From NCBI GenBank assembly GCA_028534125.1, contig CM052818.1:48796001-48860000 (forward strand): a stretch of 64,000 nucleotides of DNA, given 5' to 3'. The translations under genes and the position numbers were made by a program. Below, in pieces: positions 39,351-52,031 of the stretch (the stretch's first letter is position 1; every line of letters begins with the position of its first letter). Origin of the DNA: Lama glama (taxonomy: Eukaryota). The notes under the pieces were generated by a model that worked only from the letters and a program-made list of their open reading frames with translations, had not been told where the DNA came from and did no database searches.

Positions 39351-41247
39351 CTAGCTTATAGTCAAAATCCTGCTTGCTTGCTTGATTTCTCATCTGTGAT
39401 TTCAGCTTTCTCTTCCCTTGAGAACACTCTTCACCAGCTGTGGAGAAGGGACCAGCCGCGTGGGAGCCACATCTCCCCACAAGATCTTTATAGACGAAAC
39501 CAAGTCACACACAGCTCTTCAGTGATGCTCCTCACGACTGCAGAACAGCCAGGCAGAGCGGTGGCCTCTGCCGCCCCACGCGCTGGGGTTTGAAGAGCAG
39601 CTATTGGTTACGAAGCCAGGGGAGCTGATGCGATTTCCCTGCACCACCGCCAAGCTGGTCTGGGGGCCTTGAGAGCACAATTCAGTCAGTTGCGCTCTCT
39701 TAACAAAGACGCTCCTCACGAAAAAGGGGGACACGCGCTGCTATTTCCCCGAGATAGTCCTGGTTTATTTCCGTTTACCCGCACGACTATTGATGGCACA
39801 TCCTTTCACTCGCAAAGGATGTCGGACTGGATGATAAATATGATCAAGCCACCTGCACGCATTATTACCGGTGGAAGTTAATTTCTATCACTATCATAAG
39901 TCAAGATGCAAAGCTGAGCAACCGTTTAAGGAACACGTATCAATAGGTATCATATGATGGCTTTATTAACTCAATTTAAGTGATTATTTATCAATACCTA
40001 AGCTTATTCTGTTTCTTACCACGGCCACACGGGAGCAGCCTCTGTCTCCCAGCACTTTGTCAATGAAGTCAAAACAGCTTTCTGTCTTCTGTGACTCTCG
40101 ATCACGACGGGTCCCCTGGGCCACCAGGGCTGAGTGATGCTCTGAGCGATGCTCTCAGGGCTGGCTTCTGACCGGAAAGAAGGAAGACCTACTCAGGGCT
40201 CCCTCCCTCCACCCACGAATGTCTGGGTAATGCTCATGCGTACAGTTTAGATTCACTTCGAACCAATGAAACCAAAGACTGTTTGGACTCTGCACTGTGC
40301 TTGTAAATCTTTGATCCCATCAAGCGGCCATGCCTTACCGTAACCAATTCAGCTTTGAAAAAAGCTCAACTGCTCTGACGCTGCAGTGGTGCAATTAGGA
40401 GAGAAAGAAAAGGCATGAACACCAGCCAAGGGATGAACAGTGAGAAAGTTTGGTGCAAAAGGTCTGAAACTCATAGTGGTTGTGAAAGAAACACTCATTA
40501 GTGATATCTGGGGCACCAATATATTAAGATGCAAAAGTAACAGTGAATGTGCAGGCACCGTGGGAAACCGATACCCTGGCTGGCCAGGCTGCCCCACCAC
40601 GATCTCAGCGCAGTTATGGCGTGATCAGCCGAAGAAGTGACGCAGACAGCTTGGGGGAGGTTGAGGAAGGAAAAGTCAAGATGAAGCAAGACCTGGAAAT
40701 AAGTATCAGGAAGTGCAATGGATTATTTACTTTTCATTCACCAGAGAGACGGTGTGGACGAGCCCTAAGAACAGGCTTTACATCATCAACAGACGATTAG
40801 TCAGAGCAGAAACCGGCCGGCTGAGCAAAACCGGACTTGAGTTTCCGCACGAATACTTTTATTTAAAACAAGGGAGGGATTTTTCTGCCAAAATAGATAG
40901 CTTTTAAAATAGCGGAGTGTGGCTGAGAAAATCTGGAATTTTCTTTGCAAGAAGACCTATCATTTATTTATTTTTTTGCAAGGTGCTGGAGATGGGAGGA
41001 GGCCGACCCCACTGTCACGCTCCCGGGCGGTCCTTCCTGGGAGCAGAGGGCGTCTGTCCAGTGGAGCGGCGCCCTCTCCGACCCGGATGAGCATTCGTGA
41101 GCAGCAGTTCTCTTTTGTGACCACACTTTTCTACTTTGTTATATTTAAAAGTTTCTTTTTTTTTCAATGCTTACTCTCAATGCTTTTCACAGGACTTTAG
41201 TATTTATTCCCTGTCTTGAAGCATTAAAAATAAAATAGATCATCATC

Positions 41248-41600
41248 TTCTCCAGGTCAAAATGACAGCTGGAATACATGCATCTCTTTTTTACTCCCTC
41301 TTCAAACCCTTTGAAGTCTAGAGTAAAGGGGCTTCTCCAAAGTCATAAATCCAGGGGAAGGTACAGCTCAGGTGGTAGAGCACCCACTCAGTGTGCACAA
41401 GGTCCTGGGTACAATCCCCAGAACCTCTTCTAAAAGCAGATAAAGAAATAGACATAATTACACCCTCCCCCCTCAAGAAAAAAGCAAAAGCCATAAATCC
41501 ACCAGGGCCTTGAGTCCAAGAGGAGCAGCTTTCAGGAGCTGGAAGCTCGTGGAGAAGCAGGAGAGGGCCTCAGGACCGGGGAAGTGGTATTCTGCGTCCA
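41248..41600 (+). mobile_element. Ancient L1ME-type 5' end fragment, interrupted by a SINE
   Basis: ggtcaaaatgacagctggaatacatgcatct...tactccctcttcaaaccc...gagtaaagg...cataaatccac...ttcaggagctggaagc resembles a recalled L1ME 5'UTR start. The right boundary is uncertain. Confidence 0.5.
41354..41486 (+). mobile_element. tRNA-derived SINE (camelid Vic-1-like)
   Basis: ggggaaggtacagctcaggtggtagagc (A box), gtcctgggtacaatcccc (B box), A-rich tail; TSD AAAGTCATAAATCCA (41339-41353) and AAAGCCATAAATCCA (41487-41501). Confidence 0.92.
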
Positions 41601-42570
41601 CAGAGGCGTCCCTGTGACCAGGACGAGCCCCACAGCCCTAGGCTGGCACTGGGCACTCTGGACCTGGAGGTGTGTGCAGGGGCAGAGAGAGAGAAGACAA
41701 GCCCAGACAGGCCCCCTCTCTGAGCATCTGGGCCACGTGCAGACCCCCACGCGCCAGAGCCCGGAGCTCTGTCCTCATGTGTGTCCAACACGGCACCTCC
41801 CTGCCCGAGACCTCGGGGGGCGTGCAGCCTGGAGCCACCCCACTGGCCGGGCGATCCAGGAACACAGGAGCCTGGACGCCAATGTCCTGGGGGCCCTGCC
41901 CACTGGCTCCCACCCGATGGGCAGCCCGACTGCCAGTCTCTCTGAAGAATGTGACAAGCTCCCGAGGCGAGCAGAAAGATATTGATATTGGAGTTTTGCC
42001 AGATCAGTAACCTCAAGATTAAAGAATTATTTTCCAGGCTTATATGCTTCAGTTTCTTGTTTTTAACATTTCCATCTTTAATCCATCTGGGATTTATTTG
42101 GGTGTACAGACATGTTTTTATAGTGTTATTGTGTTAGGTATTCCCTGGTACATACTGGGGTGAAAATAGTGGGAAAGGGAAATGAAATATAGTGTTTGCA
42201 GAACAGAATTAGTCTTGATGTGAGGCTAGTGCAAATTAATTCTCATTACCAACTCCTAGGGGATCACCAGAGGTTACTGAAAACATAGGCAGAAAGTAGC
42301 CAAGTTGACGGACAGGTTTATTTTTAGAAAGCCTCTTGTAGCCGTAAGCCCTCTGATAAACAGGTTCTGTAACACAAGGTCACAGAAGCAGTGGCGGGTT
42401 GAAGGAAGCTGCAAGCGGCTGTGAAGGAGCCTGCTTCAAACGGAGACGACCCAGGAATTCTGGGTGCTGTAGCAGTGTCTCCTAGGACACGCAGGCAGCC
42501 AGTGAATTTAATTCTGCTGGAAGCATTTCTTGTTTCGTATCGTCTGGGGATCAAGGCAGGTATTTCCAGC

Positions 42571-42911
42571 CAGTGTTGTTCAAAACTGGTCTCTGCCACA
42601 GAAAATTTGAGATTCTTATAAAAATGGGCTTCCTGGGTCCCCCAGATCTGCTTGATCAAAATCCAGTCAGCTGCACTCACTAATTAACTGACTGTAAAAC
42701 AAGGTGGTGCTCCTATTTAAGGGAGGGGGGAGTTGAAAGGTTTGTGGGGGAACATGATCATTATTTACTGCATCTTGGGACCTTTCAAAATTTCTGGAAA
42801 CCGGGCCACAGCCTGGACCAATTAACTCACAGTCTCCAGGATGACACAGGCATTCTGCTTGCTTTGAAGTCCTCACGTGATTAATGGACAAAAAATAATT
42901 GAGAACCACTG
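42571..42911. mobile_element. MER5-family hAT-Charlie MITE fragments (probably two)
   Basis: cagtgttgttcaaa start with ttcctgggtccccagatctgcttgatcaaaatc; then gggccacagcctggaccaattaactcacagtctc...ttgagaaccactg terminal TIR. Confidence 0.65.
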
Positions 42912-42980
42912 AATGAAGACGCCCAGGAAGGAAGATGCATCAAAATGATATGATCAGGTCGCCATGTTGGTTGATTAGAG

Positions 42981-43097
42981 CTGTGGTTCTCAGATGGGAC
43001 TTCTGGGTCGCAGTTCTTGGTGGTGCCGAAGGGCTGCCCTTCTAGGAGGCTTCCAGGAGCCGCTGTGGGTCTGGAGACCACATCTGGGGACCTCTTA
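42981..43097. mobile_element. Short MER5-like MITE
   Basis: ctgtggttctcag...gagaccacatctggggacctct, flanked by GATTAGAG and GCTCAGAG (possible 8-bp TSD, 6/8 match). Confidence 0.4.
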
Positions 43098-43994
43098 GCT
43101 CAGAGAACGTGACACTGAAGAACAGAACATAGTGAAAGTATTCTACCCCTGCAGGGATATGCTTGGTGGCCTTTGTGTGCAGAATGAGCTTGGAACTTCC
43201 AATTCCATGCTCCGCAGAACATCACGTCTCCAGGACAGTGGGTCACCAACTGAATCAATGCTTTCCTGAATCTCCTACAGAAAGAACCACATCTGCTGTG
43301 GCTCCTGACTGCTTCCCGGGGTGACCTGCTTAGCGCAGAGCACCTGCCTTACTAGTAGGTGAAACAAGGTGACTCAGGTGGAAGATGGGAGGGGACCAGC
43401 CTGCTGACATTGAATGTGAAAGTAAGACCCAGAGGGCCCGCGGGAGCAGGAAGGCGGACTGGGACTCCCTGCCCCTCCCGCGGGGTGGCGCCCAGGCCCG
43501 GGACAGTCCAAGTGAGACAAGCACAGGAACTCGGGGAGGTGTCTCTTTCTGAAAAGGAAGGCAGACCAGTGAGAGAGCTTGGAGCTGAAGACGGCGCGGG
43601 TAAGGTCTGTCTAGTCCAGGTTCGGAGCTGAAGAAGTTGGCCACCTGCAAACGCCAAGAAAGGAAGACAAAAAAAAAAAAAAAAAAAAGGCCCCAGCAAA
43701 GCCTCTCTCTCCTGCCAAAGGATGAAGAAAGGGGCAGCCTATCAAGGCAGAAAAGCTGCGACAATACCTGCTTCCCTCCAGATGAACAGCAGGAAGCTCT
43801 GCGGCCTGACCCCACCAGCACCAGCAAACTTCGAGTGGGCGCCCAGACCTCCCCTCGGGCCTCCCACCAGGCCATCGCGAGACCCCCCAGCTGCTCTCCT
43901 GGGGGGTCAGAGGAGGCAGAGCCGGGGGCTAGATGGCCGCCCAGACTGGGTTAATGGGGAGCGTTTGGGAGCCTGGGCCTCCGGCCCTAGCCAG

Positions 43995-44105
43995 ACCCCC
44001 CCTTCCCAGATAACGTGGTTTAATTGTGATGAGTGTGTCCCGGGGATCAGGATTTTAAAATCTTCCCCAGACATTCGAATGTGAAGCCAAGTTTGAGAAC
44101 CCCTG
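43995..44105. mobile_element. MER5-family fragment
   Basis: tttaattg...ggggatcaggattttaaaatcttccccagacattcgaatgtgaagccaagtttgagaacccctg. Confidence 0.72.
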
Positions 44106-44113
44106 GCTCAGAG

Positions 44114-44340
44114 CAGGTGTCAGCAAACTTTCATCCACAGGTCGACTCTGCCCAGTGGCCTGGCCGGTTCTTATAAATAACTTGTTGGAAGCCAGCCACA
44201 CGCATCCATTTGCATCTGGTCTGTGGCTGCTTTCCTGCTGGAACACGTCGTGAAGTAGTTTTCTCAGAGACTGTCTGGCTCGCACAGCCTGAAATATTTA
44301 CTATCTGGCTCTTGATGGAAAAAAAAATTGCTGACCTCTG
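44114..44340. mobile_element. MER58A hAT-Charlie MITE, full length
   Basis: TIRs CAGGTGTCAGCAAACT and AAATTGCTGACCTCTG, 227 bp, internal agcctgaaatatttactatctggc. Confidence 0.88.
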
Positions 44341-46519
44341 ACCTGCAGGACGTTGTAGTTATCAAAAGCTATCTGATTCACTCCTTGACATGAAGACTTT
44401 AAAAACTCAAGAATTTTTACTTTATTTAATTAGAGGATAATTCTAGGAATAGCTTCTTTGTACGGAAAATAAATGGGTTGCCCGGGGAGTACTTTCTTCA
44501 GCTCCTGGCAGTTCCATTTATTAGGGAGACCCCCAAGCCAGTGACCACGCCGAGGACACAGCCGGCGTGCTGAAGGGTCCCTCAGCCACGGCGTCCAGGG
44601 CGCTGAGGGCTCCGGCGTTCCTGCGGGGAGGGCGGAAGGAGTAGTGTGGGAGGGGATAAGGTAACTGCCTTCAAGCATCTGCAGGACTGTAATGTGACAG
44701 AGGGTCTAGCTTTATTCTATTTAACCTCACAGAGAAGATAGCTGCCCAGTGGATGGAGGATGGAGGAGATTAGATTTGACACAGTAATAGATAGAATTTC
44801 TAACAATAAAAAATTTCCAGGAGCTTATTAGCTTCCTCTCATGGAACATTCATGTGAGCGGCCCCGATCTGGTGTCTGGGGCAGGCTGCACCTCCTCCTC
44901 GCCCCGTGGCTTAGGCTGGTTAGTTAGGGGAGACTGACTGACACAACAAGTATATCCCGAAGTGAACTTGTTGATATAGTCCACTGGCCTAGGACTTCCC
45001 GTTCAGTCCTGCCCTTTGCCCCAGGAGGCTGACTGATCAGTTCCATGCCCTCTGGCTTCCTTTTTTTTTTTCCCAAAAGGGAGCCCCTCACCCCCGAGGG
45101 AGGTGAGAGTGGGGAGTGGAATGAGGGCAAGGCTTTCTTCTCTAGATCCTTTCCTGGGACGTTATCTTGGGCCGGCCGTGTCCTGGACAGAGCATCACCT
45201 CTCTCAGGAGGACCTGTTCCAGGCCCCTCTTTTTGTTTCCAGTGACCTCTTCTCCCCGTCCCTTCAGGCTGCTGGTGGACCTGGGCTATGGCGCTCTCCC
45301 CTGTGGTCCCCTCCATCCTGCCCAGACTGATGCAATCGGTCCCTTCACAAGTAAACTATCTTCAAATTATACGAAGTTGAGGGCGCTATCTGACTTCTTG
45401 TTAGTATGCTGAGGGAAAGGTGGATATTGGCTCAAACATAAAGCTTATTTCTCACTCGAGAGAGTTCCAAGCGGGCACGCTTGGCATTCCAGCATCCTGC
45501 TTTCATCAACACAAGTGTGCCCTGGGGTATCGCCTGGGAGGAGAATCAAATGTGAAGACATATAGGTCGTGTCTTCTGTGAACTGGACCTGAGAACGGCA
45601 CACCTCATCACAGGCCTCGGAACTGGGGCCCGTGGCCTCTCTCCACGCCGAGAAACGGGTCAAGCCGGGTGGGAAACGCCCTGCTTTGAGCTAAGGAATA
45701 GGCTTCGTGAGAGGCCTCAGTCTCTTCTGCTGGCACTGACCGTAAGGTGGGAGCAAGTGGTCGCTACCGGCTGTAGTGCACGACTAAACCAACCATCGCA
45801 GGTCCAGTCAGAAGTGAGCCTCTGCCGTGTGCGCCCGGAACCCTAGGTAAGACGCCTGGTATTTAGCCACTAGCCTAGTTTTCATCATGTGATTAGACAT
45901 TCTGTGCAGGAATAGAAATTACATTGGAAGCCAGGCCTTTCTACGTAAGCAAGGAAGACGGAACATCCGAACCCTTTTTGACTCCATTTTTGGACTTAAG
46001 TTCTCCTTGTTCCAAATTAGTAAAGCTAACATATCCCATGGTTTGTAGAGGACCCGGGGTTCCCATAGGATGGAGACTGAAATCTGTCTGAAAATGAATT
46101 GGTCCGAATAGGGTAAGTCCAGGCATTCAGAATGCCACTGCACAAATACAAGGTAAGGTTTCCAAAAAAAGATCTTTAATGAGAGAGGTCCTAATCCGGC
46201 AGCCATATTAAAGAGGAAATTAAATAGTGTTTCTGAATAGCAGAGTGAGAGGTGCGCATGAACGTAGCCTGGGCGAGCCCCTCGAGGCACCGCGGTGGGA
46301 GAAAGCCGGTGTAATGGGAGCTTTCGGTGCTCTGCGCAGACCCCCTCTATCAACTGGTGTATCCATCTCTCAGCCGACAAGAGCAGTGACCGCCTAGCCC
46401 ACGGATACGTGGAGAGCTATGCCGTGCTCACAGGCCACCACTGATGGAAAAGGGTGCACAGATCCAGGTCCTGTTGCCTAAAGATAAAACAGCTTTGATT
46501 TCCCTGGTGCCGATGAGCT

Positions 46520-46670
46520 CCCTCTGGAATCGCACGGAGTCTGACCTCATCAGAGACCACCTCTTTCTTCCGTTTCCTTACTCCCCCCTCCTAGGGAAGC
46601 TTCCCCAGTAAATCATTTGCACAGAAATCTCTGTCTTAGGCTCTGAATCCAAGGAACCTGCCCTAAGGTA
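46520..46670 (+). mobile_element. LTR16-family (ERVL) LTR 3' part
   Basis: ttccccagtaaatcatttgcacagaaatctctgtcttaggctctg...ggaacctgccctaag resembles the LTR16 terminus. Confidence 0.65.
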
Positions 46671-48512
46671 GCTGGAACTGCGTCACAAAGAACTCACACC
46701 ACTTGACGGGTAAGATCTGTCCTTAAGCCCTGCCCTTGACCCGTCACAGATGCTTCTAGAATCAGGTGACGGTGGAGCTCGAGAGACACAACTGATCAAG
46801 GGCTATAGTGTCATCTTATGTGCAACCCACGTGTAGGGCCTGCAACACCAGTGATCCTAAGTCCAGGGCACTAGGGACCTTGGAGGGCGGAGACACTGCT
46901 GATTGGTGGCAAAGACTGAAGTCGAGACGGTGCCCTGGAAGCAGTAGGCAGGACGCTAACCTAGGCAACCGTCTGGGTGAAATGGGCAACACGCTAATGA
47001 GGAGGTGGCGAAGGCGAGACCTGCAGCTGGAGTGCAGGGGATGCTGGAACAGTGAGCACCCGCCAGCACTGCCCGTGGGTCCCCGTGGCCAGCGTTGGCC
47101 CTGGGCCACCAGAAACCAGGAGACGGGGTAGTGTGAGGTCCTGGCCTTGGGCAGGGGAAGGCCCTCTTTCCAGGGAAGAACAGGTGCGAACTGTTCTTCC
47201 TGCTTGAGACCCACCCGCCCGTGGGCGCGGGACGGGCAGGCCGGGGCGCACGGCAGACGCGAGGCAGGCAGACGGACAGCAGTGTGTGGACCCACCTCTT
47301 GAGGTTCGTGAAAATGAGGCTAATGCTTCTCCGATCCTATCTCTTCCCAGACAGGGTGGAGCAAGGACACACCGAGACGTCCCCGCAGTGCTGCTTCCGT
47401 TGTTTTCGTCCTGAAACGGGGGCTGCAGTCCTCGCTCTGTCACCGCCCACCAGGGTATGGTCCTCGGGGCTGAATCCCCAGCTCCAGAGAGTCGCAGGTA
47501 TACGAACAGAGGCGTGAAGCTGTCTCTGCAACCTGGACCAGCTTTGGGTCTTTCTCCTAGTTTACTTTTACAAGCTTTTAACATATGAAGGATTTGGATT
47601 TGCTTACTCGATGGAAGCGACAGGGCTTGAAGGAAACACTTGCAGTTTGAGAGCAACTCGTGTTTGGGACGCAGATGCATTTGCATCCTTCTCTCTTTTG
47701 GCAGGAACCACCTACGCAGGCTTAGCAATAATATCAAGATGAGGTAAAGGGTTTTTTTATTGGGTGAAAAACATTATTTCCACTTAATGTTACATATTTA
47801 GTAATGGAATTCAGGCTACATTCAGAGGTTCAGAAATCTCCGAATAGGAAGACATTCAACTAAAGGCCTCAGTGAACAGTTTGAGGTTTTGTCAAGACTG
47901 TGACACACACGATTTGGTAACTTAGAAGTCACTTTTCCGATGTTTGATGCATTGTTCCCTGAACAGCCCAGGTTAGGACTTTGTGTAATAGTGCTCTGCC
48001 CTCCTCTCTGTCCTTGGCCATTTAGCTTTTCTCTGAGGAAGGGCCTGACCACACCTGTTCAAACACACAGTGCGTTCCTGCGCTCTGCACAGGTCTGCAG
48101 TTGTAAAGCGTGTTATCCCTGCTCATCTGTAAACTCCTGGAGGGCATGGGGGTGCATCTGTTCATCTTTGATCCTTCAAATTTAGCATAATGTCTGGGAC
48201 ATAATCCATGCCAAATATGCTCGTTAAACAAGGGAATGGAGGAATGAACAAGGACAAACAGACTCAGAGGGAGCGGGTGCCTCGGAGGTACAGCTGAGGG
48301 GAAACACACACACACACACACACATACACAAGGAATGCAGTTTCCACCCTGAGAAGAATTGTAACTCTTCTGCTGACTTAAAGTGAAATGGCAGTTGTAT
48401 TAAAGGCTGATCTCTCTACAGGTGTGCATACGTTCATATGTAAAATAAGAATTTCTATATTTCTACAAACTCTACTTCACTTCCTAGGGGCAGTCTTATC
48501 TCTGGAAGATGG

Positions 48513-48549
48513 TGTGTGTGTGTGTGTGTATATATATATACACACACAT
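48513..48549. repeat. Compound (TG)n(TA)n(CA)n microsatellite
   Basis: Read directly; self-complementary arrangement. Confidence 0.9.
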
Positions 48550-51134
48550 GAGCTATAAAAACTGAGCTATAAGAAAAAAGAAAAGAAGAAATCTAGATGA
48601 GCTGTGCAAGAGGAGGTGGTTTGTTGGAGCCGGACTGATGGGTGCCCAAGAGGAGAGGTGGAAAGCGTGGCTGTTGGGAGGAAGGAAGGAGGCGGGGGTG
48701 GAATTGGCAGAACAACATAGGAGGCCACCAGCGTGGCTGCAGGCGAGCTGGAAATATGGAAACAGCGCTCAGGACCGAAGCCGCCGCTGGCTCTCCGCGG
48801 CGCGGTGGGAACAGCCCCGAGCGGGAAGCTCACTCCTGACCCTTGGGAAACCACACCAGCCTCTGCCGCACCCCTTCCTCCTGTGGCTCCCGTCTCCCTC
48901 ACAGGGAAGCACAGGAGCTCGCGGTCCCCAGCCCTCTGCCTTTCTGGGCTCATCTCCCAGTGCTCAGTCCGCTCCAGCCTCACGGCGTCCTTTGCGCTCC
49001 AGCTCAGTGCGCACGTGATGGGAGCTGAGCGTCGTGCGTGGGGAGTTGGGTACCAGCTCGTCTCATTTTCTGCTCCTTCCTGCACACGGGCTGCTAAGAG
49101 GCGTGGAGGCCTTCGGCTCTCTTGTTCTCAGGTTTGTGGCCAGAGGAGCCGGCATGCTCTCCTGTGACTTTGGGTCCAAGCCGAGCTCTCCGCTCCAGCA
49201 CTGGGGGAGGGGGCTCTCGCGGCTCAGCGTCGCTCAGAGAGCACCGGCGGCGGGGGCGGGTCTGGACTCAGACACTCCTGGGCCTTGACCTTCACAACCC
49301 CCAGTACCAGAACGTCACCCCTGACCTCTGACAGAGGCGTGACCCCATCCTGCTCTCCCTTTCCTGCTGGCATCCTCCTGGAGCCTCTCCCGCCCCCGCG
49401 CTATTTCTCTCTTGGAGAGTTTCTTCTTTACGTAAAAACAAGGCAAATAAAGCAAAAGAAGGAAGACCATGGTCACTGTCCAGGCTAGAACATTAGAGAA
49501 TGTTCATGTTGTTCTTTCTGTAAGTGTCTGGTGAGGGAAAGAGGCTGGGTCTTTCCAACCGAAATTTAAGAGTCTGGGGTAGTCCCCACTGGAGGTCAAT
49601 CAAGAATAAAACAAGAAAAAAGAGAGAGTCGGTTCTTTGTAATTTTATTCTCCCCTATCCTGTACATTCGTGATTTGATGCATACTTTCTTTGAAATAGA
49701 GTCTAAGAAAAATATATATTTAATTATTTGAAAGTCACTGAGTATAATTTATTTTTTAAACTTTGCTGCTATCATCTCTTTGGCTTTTTCCTGGAAACAT
49801 TCCTGCCTCAGGCTCTCCTTCTGTGTCTGCCAAGGGACGGGCTTCCTCACGTCTCCCTGAGCCCCTGCCGGCCGCGCTGTGGTTAACTCATTGACTTTCA
49901 TCTTCCATCAAGGTCAAGGACGTATTGATACTTGTGGACGGGCCAGACGTCACGCTTCTGTAATCGTACAGAAGAAGCTGATCACCCTGTTGGGGGTTCT
50001 TTTCTGCAGCAAATGTTGGAGATGAAGTGGAGGAGAAACTCGCTGCGCCCTGAAGGCCCCAGGTTAGTTGCATCAGGAGCACGTTTATGACTCAAACAGT
50101 CTCTCTTTTGATGAGAAAGTGAATATCAGGGCTGGCCGGCTGCCAGCACCCCATGTGTCTCCTCTTCTCTCCGACCCAGGGAGCCTTGGCCAGCGTTCAG
50201 TCACTCTCTGCCCTGACAGCTCGTTGGCGCCAGGACAGCAACAGCGGAAGACCAGCTGTTTAACACTGAGAGTGTCTGTGATCGAGGTCCTATCGTGTCT
50301 GATTTGAGAGCTGCTTCTTAGAAAAGCGATCATTTAGCAAGAACTGGATGTGTGTTTACCTGCGATGGGGAGAGACAGACACCTGTTTTATATGCCCCTG
50401 TAGCAAATGGGTGTCACTTGGAATTGTGTTACAAAGACACAATATCCTCACAGACAGTGCTCGGCTTAATCCTACACGCCCACTGGAAAAACCGGCGTCC
50501 AGGATATTACAAGAAGGAAAAAATTCTGCCCCCAAAACCATGCGAGTCCTCTGTAGAAGTGGAAGGGATTTTTGTTTCCTACGACTCAGCTGCCCCTTCA
50601 GGAAATTTTGTGTGTTCACAGGTTCTTTTTAAAACACAGACACGCAGGAAAATCTCACAACAGTCAAAGCAGGTGCTGCCCTTACAAGCTGTTTACACAC
50701 CCAGCTCCGTGACCGCAGCTGCAGGGCTGAAGGAAGCACTCTCTGACGCTGGACCAGCCACGGGCACCTGGTGAAGCGCTGATCCCGGATCAGCACACGG
50801 CGCCCCGACATGGACTCGGCTCAGGGGAAGCCAAGCACGGCCCCAGCTGGGCTTGCCTTGGCCGTGTCAGGGAGTGGCACTGAAGCTGTCAGCGGTCCCC
50901 AGAGTCCGGGGCACCGTTTCTACTCCCAGCATCACAGAGATCCTGAACTGCAGCTCTTCCCCTGCCTGCCTGGCGCTGAGATATCTGTTCCCATAAACTC
51001 CCATTGCATCAGATTCCGTGAAGGACAGGTGAGGTCAGCACAGATCACTTGGTGAACCTGATCCTCCCTGTGGCCGCGGAAAACTCCACTGCATGGATGC
51101 TCCCAAAGCCTGTGTGTTCTTCCACCTGACAGAT

Positions 51135-51330
51135 GTCTCTTCAGGATCCACAGAATCCATGTGCAATTCAAGGCTCCAGAAATACAACAGTGCACAAAAC
51201 TGATGAAAATCCCTGCCCTCGTGATGGTCACGTTCCAGGGCAGAGAGAGAAAAACAACAAAGTGACTTAAAGAGGCTGTGCATCCATGTTAAATATAATT
51301 AATTCTATGGAAGGAAACAAAGGAGAAAAG
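51135..51330 (-). mobile_element. L2 fragment
   Basis: gaaatacaacagtgcacaaaactgatgaaaatccctgccctcgtgatggtcacgttccagggcag is antisense L2 3' end. Confidence 0.72.
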
Positions 51331-51429
51331 AGGGTTAGGGAATGTGGGGTGTGGGGGAGGACAGGATGTTTGGGAGATTATGTGTATAAATAAGAATTTT
51401 ATAAATATTTTAAACACTCAACATATTAA

Positions 51430-51498
51430 ACATTGTATTGAAGTATGGTTGGTTTACAGTGTTGCGTTAGTTTCAGGTGTCCAGCATAGTGATTCAGT

Positions 51499-51534
<36 letters not shown>

Positions 51535-51988
51535 CTTTTTCATATTATTTTCACTATAGATTATTACAAGATATTGAATATAGTTCCCTGTGCTATACAT
51601 TAGAACCTTGTTGTTTATCTGTTTTATATACAGTGGTGTGTATCTGCTAATCTCAAACTCCTAGTTTATCTCCCCCCCCACCCTTTCCCCTCTGGTAACC
51701 ATAAGTTTGTTTTCTATGTCTGTGAGTCTGTTTTTTTGTTTTGTAAATAAGTTTATTTTTATCGTTCTTTCAGATTCCATGTATAAGTGATAACATATGA
51801 AATTTGTCTTTCTCTGTCTGATTTACTTCACTTAGTATGATAATCTCTAGGTCTGTCTGCATTGCTGCAAATGGCATGATTTCATTCTTTTTTATGGCTG
51901 AATAGTATTCCTAGCAGCACTATTTACACTGCCAAGATACAGAAGCAACCTAAATGTCCATGGCAGATGACTGGATAAAGAAGATATG

Positions 51989-51990
<2 letters not shown>
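51430..51990 (-). mobile_element. 5'-inverted LINE-1 3' end
   Basis: 51430-51911 is antisense L1 3'UTR/ORF2 end with internal (TA)n(GA)n. 51912-51990 flips to plus-strand L1 (tagcagcactatttaca...gcaacctaaatgtccat...ggataaagaagat). No clear TSD. Confidence 0.9.

Positions 51991-52028
<38 letters not shown>
51991..52028. repeat. (GT)19 microsatellite
   Basis: Perfect run at the end of the inverted L1 segment. Confidence 0.97.

Positions 52029-52031
<3 letters not shown>

Noticed and set aside
41354..41425. tRNA-like A/B boxes
   Set aside because: Head of a SINE with tail and TSD, not a tRNA gene.
46994..47737. 247-aa minus-strand ORF
   Set aside because: No homology recognised; typical of GC-rich non-coding DNA.
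50010..50062. 53-nt exon-like segment (ttttctgcag ... CAG|GTTAGT)
   Set aside because: Short, moderate splice sites, no recognisable peptide and no partner exons.
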